Below the pieces are notes generated by a model, which saw only the letters and a list, made by a program, of their open reading frames with translations, was not told the origin of the DNA and did not search any database. Position numbers and translations under genes: made by a program. Shown piece by piece: positions 50,963-64,000 of a DNA stretch of 64,000 nt. Source of the stretch: Parasitella parasitica NRRL 2501 (Eukaryota > Fungi > Mucoromycota); the NCBI GenBank assembly GCA_025201805.1, contig MU619257.1, positions 74,615 through 138,614 on the forward strand, given 5' to 3'. Position 1 is the stretch's first letter. Each line of letters opens with the position of its first letter.

Positions 50963-51634
50963 TTATTCAACATTCAACAAAGCAGGGTTTTTTTCAACGA
51001 CCAATGCACGTAGCCATTTGGCTTCTTTCTCCAACTCTAGGACTCTTTTTTCAAGTGCTTCGGCTTTCAGTGTCATTTCCTTGGCCGTTTGTTCCAAAGC
51101 TTGCTCTCGTAATTTCTTTTTCATACGAAACCTAGCAGATGCTGCCGTATTTCTCTTTCTTTTGTCCTCTTCAGAAGCATCTAGAGAATCTTGGTCGTTT
51201 TTTTCTTTGACACTTATCGAGGCTTTACGTTTCCTTGAGGGCGAAGTGGGCGTATGTTGGATTTGAGGAATGGGTAGTTTGTTTTGTTGATGCTGGGTCG
51301 GTGCCGGTGCAATTCTTGGCAGTTGAGAGTGGAGCTGTTGTGCAGGCTGGATGTGCTTGGTTGCTGCTGTAGATGGCAATGAGTAGCTACTGCTACTCAC
51401 ATAGGGAAAGCTGTTGCTTTGTTGCTGTAAATTGTTGAGGTTGGTAAATGTTGCAAAAAGGTCCTGCTGTTCAGCGACGACCTTGTATGAATCATCTGCA
51501 ATGGCCTGGCCAGGCTCAGTGTCGAACGTAAATTGCGCATTAGCCCAGATAGCAAGTTCCTCGCTGAGTGCTTCTTCGGAAAGAGGCACGGGTGAGTCGT
51601 CTCCGAGTAGGTTTAATGAAGAAATGAACGACAT
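50963..51634 (-). CDS. bZIP transcription factor, MetR/CYS-3/Zip1 type
   Basis: EEDKRKRNTAASARFRMKKKLREQALE plus leucine zipper ending WLRALVVEK. N-terminal ELAIWANAQFTFD motif. Confidence 0.9.
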   Translation of the reverse strand: MSFISSLNLLGDDSPVPLSEEALSEELAIWANAQFTFDTEPGQAIADDSYKVVAEQQDLFATFTNLNNLQQQSNSFPYVSSSSYSLPSTAATKHIQPAQQLHSQLPRIAPAPTQHQQNKLPIPQIQHTPTSPSRKRKASISVKEKNDQDSLDASEEDKRKRNTAASARFRMKKKLREQALEQTAKEMTLKAEALEKRVLELEKEAKWLRALVVEKNPALLNVE

Positions 51635-52545
51635 TCTTTACAGTGAAAGAAGGAGTGAAAAAATATGAACAAAAGATTCGAGTTTTATACCATTTTCTGG
51701 GTCATCCGACTCGCACAGATATAAAAGCGCTTACATGAATGGCAATAAAAATTATGTGCAACTAACGCAGCGGCGAGGACGGAAAGAATGATTCACCTCT
51801 CGCCCACCCTCCACCTTGCGTCCGTCTTCTGCCCACTCCCATCCACTCCGTCCATGCCATAGCAGTGGCCCCAAACCCAAGCATAGGTCTTACATATGCC
51901 CAAGCCGCGTTGGAGAAGGCTTGTTACCGGATATGAGATGACTTGATATAAAAAGTAAAGAGCTTTGCTAAACATGGCAACAAATCAAGAAACCCCCCCC
52001 CCCCTTGCGAATGCTTTCCAAGTACATCAATGATAAGTCTTTGGTGTAAAGCACAAACATACCATAAAAAATTTGGAGATACAAGTTGTATCTGGCTGTG
52101 TGTCAGAGTGTATGCTATATGAGTTGACTCCTACTTGTTTTTTTGTATTCAGTAATTTATTACTGCTCTTATAAATCAGTAAGATAATTCACCTATCGAC
52201 TATTAGGAAATGTAACTAGTACCACCAAGATTGACTTACATTGGGTCAAAAAACTTTTTTTTCCCTTGGTAGATGGGAGCAGGGGTCCATAAACAAGATC
52301 AGCAGAACCGACAGCATAGCTCTGACACTCTGTTAAACTAATTACTGCAGTAAAGATCTTAAAAGCGACAATATATAGTAGACACAGAGATATAACTGGC
52401 ATGAAGAGTTTACAGAGTATTAAGAAAATAGCATTTATATAGTATTATTAGAGGTATAAAAAAAAAAGGATTAGTAGTGTAAATGTGTAAAAGTTAAATG
52501 TTTGTCAATGGCACTAGATGATACTCTTCATCTGATTAATTATAG

Positions 52546-54678
52546 TTAAGGGTCGTCTTCATTTGCAATGTTGTCTAAATCAATAGAACACAACGAAATA
52601 GATGAAACGTCGATATCAGGCAGTAATCCGCCATCAGAAGCAGGTACATAGGTGGTAGACACGCTGGTGGTTATGGTTGGTGCGTAATCTTGAGTGGGCA
52701 TCGATGTACGGGGCGCTGTTTCTTCGGTAACAGAGTATCTGCTATCAGTGGATTCACGAGGTAAGTCCTCGGAAACGGATCTTTCAGGAGGGTGCAAAGG
52801 CGTCAGAGGTTCGTCCATAGCAGAAGTAGCGCTGGTGGTAGGCTCGTTGTTTTCTCCGTTTCCTGTAGTAGCGGCAGCGTATGCCATTTGTTGTTCCTCG
52901 ATCGGCGTGGCAGCTTCCGCTTGCTGTTGATGCTGTTGCTGCTGTTGCTGCTGTTGCTGTTCAGCATTTTCCGAGGCTTCGACAGCTCTTAATGCAGCGC
53001 TTAGTCCCGGAGAAGCAGGGGCTTCAGTGTCTGTAATCGCGGCTGATTGACGTGAAGGCTGAACTTGTCTCGATTGCGTAGCTGATAAATCGCCCACTTG
53101 GCCAAGCCTCTTTCGTCTGTTTGCTTTAAATCTCAAGTATGGACGCAACAGCATACCGCGCAATCCAGGCACTTCTGAAGCAGCAACATCAGCATCTGCA
53201 ACAATGGTCTCTGATTTACTATCAACAGAACAGTCAAATTTACAGAGGGGACATTCTCCAGACTTTGAAGTTAACCAGGGATCTGATTACAACAAGTTAG
53301 CATGTAAAATATCGGCAACCACCTAAATAACACAGCTTACCGATACAGCTGCAGTGATATTCGTGATGACAAGGCAGCTCGCGAACTTGATCTCCAATCT
53401 TGAAGGCTTCGAGACACACCACGCACATATTGTTGACAGGTGCATCAAGTTTGATAATAGCGGATGCCAATGAAGGCCTTCTACTCAATTTCCTCTTGCC
53501 AAAGAAAGGACGCTCATTCTTGCTGGCGGCAGCAGAAGAGGAAACTGCCGTTGTGTTTTTGAGGACTTTACGCTGCTTCTCGTCTGACAGTACATTTTCC
53601 ACCTTTCTGCGCTCCTCCTCGTCAGGCAGCGAATCGATGGTTCTTGTAGGAAACTCGTACAATCTGTCCACCGTTAGCAGTGGTTTACCCATAGGCAGCG
53701 CCTCTGCATCGGGAACACGATGACGCTCGACAACCGATTGAAGTCTCTGTCCCTTTTTCCACAAGTATACATGCATGATCACTGCAATATTCGTACATTA
53801 CTAACTTGTCCCTTTAATTAACTCTTTTATGTCATTGTATACTTGCCTGAAAAGAATATGCTTGTTCCTAATATAACGATCATGACAAGCAGGGTGTACT
53901 CCCAGGCAACAGGCTTTATATTGTCAGCCGGCATCAGAGATACACGCACAGAGATGCGAGTTGTGAGGTTGCTGCCATCATCAACAGGCATCTTGTGGAT
54001 AGGCACGCCCGCCATTTTCTCCAGTTGATGGTAAAGCTCAACGCCCACGCCATGCTCAGCATAGTATGCAGGTATAGTTAATCCGCTCTCTGGTGGCACT
54101 CCCTATAAAACAAATCAGTTGGAAATTCGATGATCGTCAAGGGGCAGACTTGTGCTTTACCGCTCTGCGATCTTGGGCATCAGAATTCGGGAGGGTATCA
54201 TACACAATGACACCAATTGCGCCTTCGTTTTCAGCATTTCGAATCTTTTCAACCAGAGTACAACTGCCGCCCTGCTTTTTAACCAATGCGATTTTGGGCA
54301 CTCGTGTTGATTTGGCGTCAGCGCTGTAAAACGGAAGAGGAATTGGCTGCTGAATAGCGCCGGGTGAGCATGAATCGTCTCTGTTGTACAAGACACCGGT
54401 TGTTCCGTCTAACCCTGGCGATGGCATATTGTCCAGCGGAGCTACTGTGCGTATGAATCGGTTGGCAGGGACATCCAATGCCACTTGGGTGATTGCCGTT
54501 GAATTAGAGTAAAGCCATGTTGCGCCTATCAATTGTTAATGTGTGTGTGTCTGAAGCCCACATAAGCAATACCAAAGCTACCTTGGAGGATGTATGGGTC
54601 TTTTTCCTTTAAAAATATGCCTGCTTCGACCAAATTTCCCACAAGCAAGACTAGCGCAGAGATCAAGGCTCTTTTCAT
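52546..54678 (-). CDS. PA-TM-RING-H2 E3 ubiquitin ligase (RNF13/RNF167-like architecture)
   Basis: Signal peptide MKRALISALVLLVG, PA domain KIALVK...CTLVEKIRNAENEGAIGVIVYD, TM helix, RING CVVCLE...LPCHHEYHCSCI|DPWL...CPLCK. Intron 53846-53782 is GC-AG. Confidence 0.9.
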
Positions 54679-54974
54679 GTTTGTAGGCTGAGCGAGAAGA
54701 AAAAGAGAGGTAGAGGCAACCGATCATTATGTTGATTAAACCATATCTGAAAGGGGGGAGGGCAAAGAGGAGGATCTCCTTTTGCTATTATAGCAGCGGT
54801 TGACCCTTAAACTTTTTCCTGATACCACATTAATCATCAGGCTAATAAGCTGCTTGGCATGATCCCGTATTACAGGATAAACCTATATCCTGAGTCTTTG
54901 TTGGTTCAGAAATTTGGCAGTGCAGAAAAAATTCTTTTTTTTTTTTTTTCTATTTCCCCTCCCAGCCGTAAACA

Positions 54975-55529
54975 ATGGATGTAGAATTAAATGCACCAGA
55001 GAAATTCATTCTCTGCAACAACGAAAAATGCTCAACAGTATTCAAATACGTAGACGTTTCGGTTCACACAGTCGTAGATGGGCCTGATCCAAGAGACCAT
55101 CTTGCAAATGAGAGGAACATATTAGCTTGGATTAGAACTGGCACCACGTTATCGCTAGTTGGTATGGAGATACGCATAGCTCTAGCATATATACTTGAGA
55201 GATGATGTTTTATTAATAGAGCACCTTTGGTAGGTTTCATGACTTTACTGGACATGCCCACAAAGAACTTTGCGCCCTCATACTCGCTTCCATGGACCAG
55301 CGAGCCCGTTTCCGTCAATGCAAAGATTGTATCCTACATCTTTGTTGCCCTTGGTTTTACATGTTTTGTGTATTCCCTGTTCAGCTACTTTAAAAACCAA
55401 CAGCAAATCGTGAAAAGATCGCTTTGGGTGGGTCATGGCTGGATGGGGTACACCGTAGCCACTGTTATCATCACTTTTGTTGTGTTTATTATGGTAATGG
55501 CATTGACAGAAATCCGACCGCCTGTTTAA
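54975..55529 (+). CDS. DUF202 (YidH/Vtc1-like) membrane protein
   Basis: RDHLANERNILAWIRTG followed by three TM helices. One intron ~55162-55233. Confidence 0.85.
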
Positions 55530-56286
55530 ACGCTATTATAGTATACCATTTTGTAAATAAATTTTGCTTGCTTGATTCCAAGAATGCACAGGGGACAGAG
55601 TTCATTGTTTCTGTAGATCATTTCCTTCCCACTAGTGTGACACAAGTACATACACTAACGTTTTATATTATGAGGATGACACGCTGCTGTTTAAACTGCA
55701 AGAGCCAGCTCAGTCTACGGTTAAGCTCTCGCAGCAGTTGATGGTTGACTGGCAAATGATTTCTTCTGATGACAAGACACGCAGAATCAGCATATGATAA
55801 AGAGTACAGTGATTTGCGTTTGAAATCAAATTTTTTATTGCCATTCAACTAATGATCAAATCCAGCACTTGAATATGATTCCAGGTAAGACCATAACTAA
55901 GAAAGACTGTTGTTATAGTTTCTCTCTCATTTTATTCTAACCTCTTACCCCTTCCATAGTGTGTCCCTTTTAATGTTAACAATGGATCACTTTTTTTGTA
56001 CGTTCTTAAATCAGTATATCGCCATCTCTTTGCTTAATTGCAATGATATTGGGTTGGTCTGGTTGATAACGTGCTCGATTCACTTCTCCAGGGTGATAGA
56101 GTTTTTGCTCTATGTATATCCACTTTTTAATTATTTGGCTCGTTTCCATTGAAATGCCTACGACAAAAAATCACTGAAGATCATGGCTATATCATTTATG
56201 ATCAGCTATTATAATAATACCGTATGAGAAAAGCTGGTTGAAAAGATAGTTTACAATCTGCGTTTTTCAAAGAATTCAGCAAAGAT

Positions 56287-57099
56287 TCATAGTACAGGGC
56301 CCTTAACCACCCAACTTAATGGACGGCCTTGGCAAGTTATGCACCAGAAATAGGCAACATTACGAAAGGAAATAGAAGAATAAACCAACTATTACAGATC
56401 ATCAACCACTTTCAGTAAGCGGCCAAATGCAATCACAAGAACCTAAATCCGGCAAACAATAACAAGAGTACTTTGCATGAATAGTGCTAGAAAACTTAAA
56501 AAAAAAGCAGGTGTCTGCCATCATTTTTAACCAGCTGTAGCTAAAAACGTCTAACCAGTCTTCTTCAGAGATTTCAGCAAAAATCCGTTTTGGATGGGAT
56601 TGGCAAGTAACGCGCAAGAAATAGGGACTACGTGAAGGATACACCAGCTATTACAGATCATCAACGCCTTTTAATAAAAGTAGCCGATGCAATCATTAAC
56701 AGGAGTGCCTTGTATATATACCTATTGAAAGAAAAATACTGAAAAACCATAATGATGTAATAAACATTTCAAATATAGATTTACCTCATTAGAAAAGTTG
56801 GTTAAAAAAGATGACAGAACCTGGATACATTAATAAGTACCAGCGATACTCATAGTACAGAGCCCTTAACCACCCAACTTAACGGACGGCCTTGGCAAGT
56901 TATGCACCAGGAATAGGCAACATTACGAAAGGAAATAGAAGGATAAACCAACTATTACAGATCATCAACCGCTTTCAGTAAGCGGCCAAATGCAACCACA
57001 AGAACCTAAATCTGGCAAACAATAACAAGAGTACTTTGCATGAATAGTGCTAGAAAACTTGAAAAAAAAAAAGCAGGTGTCTGCCATCATTTTTAACCA
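56287..57099. repeat. ~250-bp direct repeat (56287-56533 and 56850-57099) with more diverged sub-repeats
   Basis: TCATAGTACAG.GCCCTTAACCACCCAACTT...GTGTCTGCCATCATTTTTAACCA occurs twice with few substitutions. CTATTACAGATCATCAAC also recurs near 56648. Confidence 0.95.
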
Positions 57100-57349
57100 A
57101 CTCCAGTAGATGGAAGTGTTTGATAATTAATGCACGAGAAATAAGGAATACGTGAAAGAAATAGTGAAATTTTGATTGAGCTAAAAAAAAATTGATTGGT
57201 CAAATAAAAAGTTTGATTTTTCAAATGCAAATCACTGTATTCATTTTTGCTATCATGATAAACCTGTCAACATGTCGCTTTTAATAGGGAGGAAATAATC
57301 TAGACATGGCCGTATTTCCCAATCCTTTACAGTAGCCAGACAAGGCGTT

Positions 57350-57979
57350 TTATTTCTTTTCTTGGGCCAGCTTTGTCATCATGGCCCTATATATCAGCTT
57401 TTCCTTCTCATCCATTGATTTATTAGCTGCTGCAACCTTGGCTAATTCTTTCTTGACAAGAGCGTCTGTGATCCACCTGGTTACTTTTCAAATGTACACA
57501 GGCTCCCCCCTCGCAACACTGTTTCTTACCTTTGGGATTCAGCTTCAATACCTCTTCAAGTAAGGATTTCGCCAGTTCAACATTTTCAGTTCGCAAATGG
57601 GCCTGGCCCATCCTGAATTTTGATTTGGTGTTGTCAGGATCCAATTCGTTTGCTTTCGATGCATAAAACAAGACACGATCCCAGCGTTCCTGCTTTGCAA
57701 ACACTGCAGACATGTTGTTGTAAATCATGACAAGCTGCTCGCTGCTCTGCTTTTTGAATTTCGCCTCCTCCTTTTGCCCTCCTACAGCTTTCAAGTGCAA
57801 AAGCGCATTGTAATAGTAGGATAATGCTACGGCAAGAATACGATGAATACAAGCACAAGGCCGCCATTTTAAATCAGCAACACCAACAAACCTTGCTTCA
57901 GCTCTTGCTTCTTGAAGGCTTCGTTGCCTTCCAAGCGAAGTTCGACACCTTTATCAAAGTTCTTTTGAGCAGAAGCCAT
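57350..57979 (-). CDS. Small TPR protein (TTC9/FKBP-TPR-like)
   Basis: ELRLEGNEAFKK...ALSYYYNAL...IYNNMSAVF...ELDPDNTKSKFRMGQAH...KEKLIYRAMM. Two introns. Confidence 0.85.
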
Positions 57980-58139
57980 TGCCAATGTGTGTGAAAAGTG
58001 AGAAACAAGTTCAAGTATTTTTTTTTTTTTTTTTCTTTTATTGTTGTTCAGGCTTTTTTTTTTTTTATATGTGTATGGTAGTAGTATGAAAGTGGCGTCA
58101 CGTTTGATACATGCTCTTATTACTGTAATGGAGAAACCA

Positions 58140-61100
58140 CTAGAATCCCGATCTAACACGCATGTCTTCAATCTTCTTTTGTACATCAGCAACAGGGCGG
58201 TCCAGTTCTTCCGCAATCATACGTCTCTTGTCTGCAGGTAGTGAGTTGTATTGCTCGCACAAATCACCGTCAATGACAGACTTTACGGGTATGTAAAAAC
58301 TTCTATACAGCAAATGGTCTCGTCCAGCTAGGGGCGGTGCTTCAGCACGCATGTGCATTTCTAGCATTTGGAAGAAATCAACGTCTTCTTTGGACACAAA
58401 CGGAACATAGATTGAAATTGCACCCAAGAGCGATGTTGTCAAAAGCACCTCACGGCCACCTGACAGCAATGTTGTTCTATGAATGGATGTAACAATGTCT
58501 CCTGTAAAGTATTCACACAAGTCCTCTACCTTAAAAAAATAAAAAGTTATGAATGCGGGGATCCAGTCAACCAGACAAGAGACACATACCTTATTCGGGG
58601 CTCCTTGCAAGTAGCCCTTTTCATGATAGATACGGTTGCCTGTCGTATCCTCGTCGATTTCACGAGACACGTTGGCCGGAAGACGATTTACAAAAATATT
58701 GCCAAATTTATCGCCACCTGCCACGGTTTCGTAATCCACCATGGTCGAAGCTGTCATCCAGCGAGGGATGGTGTCGTCTGCAAACACCACAAGGCGATTA
58801 TCAACGTGTTTGTAAATGACATAGTGTACAGACTCTTGGATGTCTGTAGCAATGATACGGTGGCCCTGTGTATGTAAATTAACAATGCAGCTCGGCAATG
58901 TCTTGGTCTCGCATTTTCTCAACATCTTCTTTTTGCCAATGTCATAGATACGCAGCGCTTTCCCTGCTCCCACCAACAGCCTACCTTGGAAAGCCAGTAG
59001 AGCATATGGACATTCATCCAACGGCGTTTTGTGAATAAAGTCGAGGCGAAGAACGCCATTTTCGCCCTGAACGACTCGATAAACACGAAGGTAGCCAGCT
59101 GTACATGAGCGAGGCGTCAATGTCACATTTTGTCCAGTGCCAACAACCACAAATTGTTCGTTGGCATCCGTGGCATGAGGATTGGAACGGAATTGAACCA
59201 TGGCCACGCTAAATGCAGCTTCGTTCTCTTCGAGTTCAATAAGCTGCAGCGTGGTGCCCTGGAAAGGCTCCACAAGGCGGATACAACTCGCCCACTTGCC
59301 ATCTGCATTGCGCACATTTCCAAACTGCACAGGGTCCAGATTAGTGACATCCGAATCAATCTCGAATCCCTCTTGTTCCTTCTCAATGATGCCCTTTGCC
59401 TTGGCTTCGGGAGAGAATGTTGCATGATCGCTTTCGATAATTACAAATGTACGTGAGGGTGGGTGAAGCGCAAATTTTCTGGGTGTATATTTCAAGGGGA
59501 TGGACACTTGGTTAAATATGTTGCCCAATTTTTCTACAGTGAAAATTCTACTAGATGTCAACTATCACACACGGTTACGTCTCCTCCAGAAGCCTTACCT
59601 CAGTGTATTTCCTGCAACAGCCACAACACCTTCAGGGCATTGTTCGCTCACAAATGCGCTGCCATACTCCAACATTTCGTAACTAAGAGGCGTTAAATAC
59701 AATCTATTTTGAAATGTATAGCTGACCCAGGGCTTTGTGGACAGCGCCAACACAGCAGGGAGACCTTGGATCCAGATTTTGAACAATTTAACGCTCTTGG
59801 CACCAATAAATCGAGTTCTGGTATCTGACAACTGGCCTGTGATAGTGTCCAATATAGTGCGAAGTAAAACGCCGTTGGTCAACCCGATATTCAAGTAGGT
59901 AGTACCATGTTCAATACCCGTATCCATCATTTCCACAATACACAGGCTCGAGGGAACGCCTTGCAGAGCTTGCATGGAAATTGCCTCTAAGCAAGAATCA
60001 GGATCCAAGCTCAAAATACGGACAGTCTGGTCCTCACAACCAGCTGCTAAATAGCGAGAACGCTGACGTCCTTCGGGCACATCGCCCAGGGCCAACGCAG
60101 ATACAGCTGATGACATTTGCTTGCGTTCCTGGTGTTCGTTTAATTGACCCATATTGTCCAGTTCAAAATAAACGAGCTCGCCACTGGAAAGTGCAATGAC
60201 AACCTGACGACTGTTGGTGGTAGCCTCTCGAATGATCTGGCCATTCGGTGCTTTCCATTCATTGACACGACCGCCAGCCCGAATATGACGAATGCCCCTG
60301 GGATGCACTTGCAAGAGAGCATCATCGCCGATTTGCTGCACTGCTAATGTCGGTTCGTTGGTTAAAAATCCAGTGTCCTGTACTTCTTCCACTGTTTCGC
60401 CGATAGACAATACAAGAGTTGCATTAGCAAACGAAACGACAATGTACGCGTGGAATTCGTCGTCGGCCTTGAGTTTGGTAGTCCACACAGCACTGGGGTT
60501 ACCAGGCAGTTCACTCACAGCGAGCTCGGCGGCTTCTAATCCCTGGTTCAAAATGCGGAACGTAGACTGAGATCCTTTACCGCATATAGAGTAGATTCTA
60601 GGCGATTCTTCGTCGGCGAGATTCAAGACTTTGGAGTCCATTAGTGGTGCCATGGAGCTCAATTCGTCCACAAGCGACAAGTTCTTCAAAGGACGAGGCT
60701 TAAAGTAGACTAAAGGCCTTTCTTCTTGCTCGGCTTCAGCCTCCATGTAATCTGCAGAGGATATTTCTGGGTCATCGTCATCATCACCGAGGCTCTCAAA
60801 AAAGTAATGGTGGCTATACAAAGCATTAAAACTCGATGCTTTCCCTCCCCCCACACACACACAAAAAGCCCATTGAAACTTACTGGTTACCAAATTCGTT
60901 TGCAACAAACAGGAAGCCGCTTTTCAAGATGCAGAGAGATGTGGCAATGGGGATGGTGTCAAAGTACTTTATGGTCAAGCCATTCACGACACCTTCTTGG
61001 TGATCCATTGTTACCTTGTAAAGATCGCCTTCTTCTGATTGCAGCAAAAAGAAGAATTGCGTCTTTTTGTCCACGCGCATTCTGTGCACCGCAGAGGCGA

Positions 61101-62100
61101 TAATGATGATTCCACGCTTGGGATCCTCGAGCGGCTGGGCACGACGAGGGATGGGAATGCGAAGTTCTTCTTGTTCAGGATGTTTGTAGGAAATAAAGTT
61201 CTCAGTGCAGACCAGAACACCAGAGGGACCGTCGTTTCCACCAGGAACTGCAAGCAAGTGTGATTTGGTATCAGCTTTTTTTTTTTTTTTTCATACATAC
61301 AAAATGGCTATTTAGCATTACCTGGCACAAGTAAATTAGCGTTTCTGTCAACCACATCGCTCCACTTTCTAACAACATGATTCAAGCCAAGATCCAGCTC
61401 GTAATAAGTCAGCATTTTTTCTGCGTCTTTGGCAGCTTCTCCGGTGGGATCTGCATCAGCGTCGGTATACTCTACTTCCAAACAAGCAAACATGGGGTTC
61501 TCAAACCCAACGTCGATAGCAACAATATGGTGGTTGATGGTATGGCTCTTGTGCGCCTCCAAGGGCGACGAGATGGTCAATTTGGCTGCTGAATCACGGT
61601 TGAGAATATACACTAGTTTTTGCTTTTCCACTGCGCCTATCATAACAGCACGGCCCTTGGGGTCAGCCGCTAGGTACTGGCCGGGTACAATACGACGACA
61701 GCCAGTTTTGCCATAGGTCTCTTGGTGCACTTTATCAAATGTATTTTTTGCGGGATTGTATTCTAAAATGACAATGCGGCCAGAGTCAGAGCCTACAACG
61801 ATATAGTCTGTGTACAGTGTTTTAGTTGAATGCAAAGAGAAAGAAAGAAAACAAGAGGCAGACTATGCACTTACCTTTGCTACCACCTGTCAAGCGAAAA
61901 GGCGCTAAACTGCGAAGAAGACCAAAGCATTCGTGTGAGAGGACCGTATGAACTTTTCCAGTCAAAGCATCGGGACGTAGTAGTTCTAAGCGTGTCTGGC
62001 GAGCGACGATGATTTCTTGCTGCCTGGTGCCCGAGAAATTGCCAAAGATGGCTTGATTAATCGCTGATGTTGGGTTGATGGTGATATTATACAGAAACAT
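58140..62100 (-). CDS. RSE1: Splicing factor 3B subunit 3
   Basis: MFLYNIT...[67 protein letters not shown]...VIDGDLCE. Five introns. Confidence 0.98.
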
Positions 62101-62440
62101 GGGTCGCGTATTCTAAATGTTAATATCGTGTGCTTGTGTGTCTGTTTTGTGCTGCAGTGAAATTGAGGATAAGAAACGCAATGTGTTCTTGTTTGTTCCT
62201 CTACAAGAAGGGCTAGCTTATGTTGAGAAAAACAAAACAATAAAAAAGAACTAAAGGCAAATTTTGGTCGACTTTTTTCTCTTTTTAACCCTACCCACCG
62301 GCCTTCAAATGTGGCTTGATTTGTTTTATCCACGCCATCTAGCAAAAGGCCTCTAAGAAAGACTCTTTTAAGAGCGTCCTTGCAACACACACACTAGTCT
62401 GCATTAAGTTACAAATACGTTGGTCGAGCCACATCAACCA

Positions 62441-62762
62441 CTACCGCGTAAAGCTACGACGCAAGGCCAGTAGTCGATTATATGCTACAGTGGAATAGCT
62501 GCATTTTTTTTTNNNNNNNNNNGTCAGGTGAGAAGGGAAGAGAACAGAAACATATTTCTCTACCAAGATATCTTCAGCTGACATTTGGATTGTCGAAGAA
62601 GAAGGCTTGACGATAATGCTTAGCTTCTTCACATCGGAAAAGAGGTCAGTAGCGGTAAGATTGTCTTCAAGGCCCATAAAGTAAGAAAATGCCATGTCAG
62701 TAAGATGATTTTTTTTTATAAGGCTACCGTAAATAGTATTATAAGAAGAGATAGATGACATG
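62441..62762 (-). CDS. Possible small hypothetical protein (interrupted by an N gap)
   Basis: MSSISSYNTIYG...MAFSYFMGLEDNLTATDLFSDVKKL...; coding-like composition but exon structure unresolved. Confidence 0.3.
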
Positions 62763-63083
62763 TTTATAGATATTTGCAAAGATAAATTGAAAAATAACCG
62801 TAAGATATGAAATTTGAAGATCTTTATACGAAATGATGCCACATGCATAAAGGTATTTCTTGTATGAAATACGCCATTTTCATATTGAGGCATACTTTGA
62901 GCTGCATTTTTTTTTTTTTTTTTGCAAATCTCTTTAAACGTCTAAATTCACCTGTAACAACGATGCAATACAGGAGCTGTCCGCTAGCATTTGGTACTAT
63001 CAACACTTGATTAAATATATAAACAAAACAACAAATTGTTTATTGGCCTGCTGTGCAGCAACCGACTCTCGAATGAAGCGAAC

Positions 63084-63859
63084 TTATTTACTGAACTTGG
63101 ATAGGAGACCAGAAGCAATCTTTTCAAAGCTAGACTGCTGGCCATGATTTTGTTGTTGCTGTTGTTGCTGTTGTTGCTGTTGTTGCTGTTGTTGTTGGTT
63201 GTTGTTGTTGTAACTGTTATTAGATCCATTCATGGAGTTTTGCTGGTTATTGTTATTGCCAGACGATGAACCTCCCATAAACATTCCCAACAAGCTACTA
63301 ATGGCAGCGCTACTGCCGCCACTAGATGAGTTACCACCACTACCACTGTTGCCGCCACCAGATTGCTTGGACATGTAGAGTTTCATGGCCATCATAGCAG
63401 CTTGCTGAATAGCAGCACTTTGATTGTTGTTGCGAGAATCGCTATTAGCACCGCTGCCATTGCTCATAAGCTTGGAGACTTGAGCCATAGCCATCTGGAT
63501 CATGTCAGCCATGCCGCCGCCAGACTCCTGGCTACGCTTTAAAGCTTCAACAGCAGCAGCGTTTCCAATGTCATGAGAGGATGCTTGATCTGGGCTTTGA
63601 GAGACCCGTTCGTAAGAATCTTGGGCAGCTCTAATTTCGTGATCCTGAGCAGGCTGATGACCCGAGACATTGGCCATCAAGCTGTTGACATAGTCGCCAC
63701 CATTATGCTGCTGATTTTCTATCAAGAAAAATGATGCGCCACACATTACGCGCAATGATAATCAGTAAGCATTTTTATTGGTGCTATGCAGCACGTACTT
63801 ACCATAGCTGCTAGCATTGCCACCCTGATAACTCGAAGCTTCGCCTTGTGGATAACTCA
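63084..63859 (-). CDS. Gly/Ser/Gln-rich protein resembling fungal 'beta-flanking' proteins
   Basis: Exon 1 MSYPQGEASSYQGGNASSY|GTAAGT. Core DIGNAAAVEALK...IQMAMAQVSKL...QQAAMMAMKLYM; polyQ/N tail. Confidence 0.7.
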
Positions 63860-64000
63860 TGATTGATACGGTTGGAAAGGAAAAAAAAAAAAAGAAACAC
63901 GGGAATATTGCATCGCCTAAAATTGAGACATTTTTAAAAGAGTCATGTTCTAGCGCCCAAACACATTTTATTACAATTGTTCCAGGCCAAGATGGAAACG

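Noticed and set aside
51793-51975. uORF upstream of the bZIP gene
   Set aside because: It lies beyond TATA-like elements near 51690-51725 and is probably outside the transcript; no supporting evidence.
56287-57099. CRISPR array or complete LTR retrotransposon
   Set aside because: Eukaryotic context, long repeat units, no spacers or cas genes; no TG..CA termini, PBS or gag-pol seen.
1-64000. U12-type introns, rRNA, snRNA, stop-codon readthrough to PTS1
   Set aside because: No RTATCCTT donor at any modelled intron, no recognisable RNA-gene signatures, and no SKL-type extension after the stops inspected.

Overview
Gene-dense, intron-rich fungal genomic DNA (short 50-90 nt introns, six N gaps). 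The gene content (ferritin, class C GPCR, cofactor-independent PGM, IS630/Tc1-type DDE_3 relics) points to an early-diverging fungus, most likely Mucorales; this is inferred, not proven. About 28 protein-coding genes were modelled by hand. They include iPGM, an SLC35E/Sly41-type transporter, Whi2, ferritin, an alpha-arrestin, a Usp protein, NUFIP1/Rsa1, COX15, an ankyrin-DIL protein, a GABA-B-like GPCR, an Ecl1-like protein, an RBBP4/Hat2 WD40, an FMO, glycogen phosphorylase, VPS25, Xaa-Pro aminopeptidase, SIN3, an omega-like GST, a MetR/Zip1-type bZIP, a PA-TM-RING E3, DUF202, a TPR protein and SF3B3/RSE1. The main highlights are: (1) a Venus-flytrap + 7TM class C GPCR with an apparent C-terminal PH domain; (2) an intact ferritin whose ferroxidase ligands are largely substituted, 237 bp from a TIR/TA-bounded Tc1 element; (3) three co-oriented Tc1 relics between WHI2 and ferritin; (4) three GC-AG introns; (5) a candidate structured Pol III-like RNA near 1745; (6) a ~250 bp direct repeat; (7) convergent stop codons only 3 bp apart. 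All family assignments come from motif recognition, not database searches.
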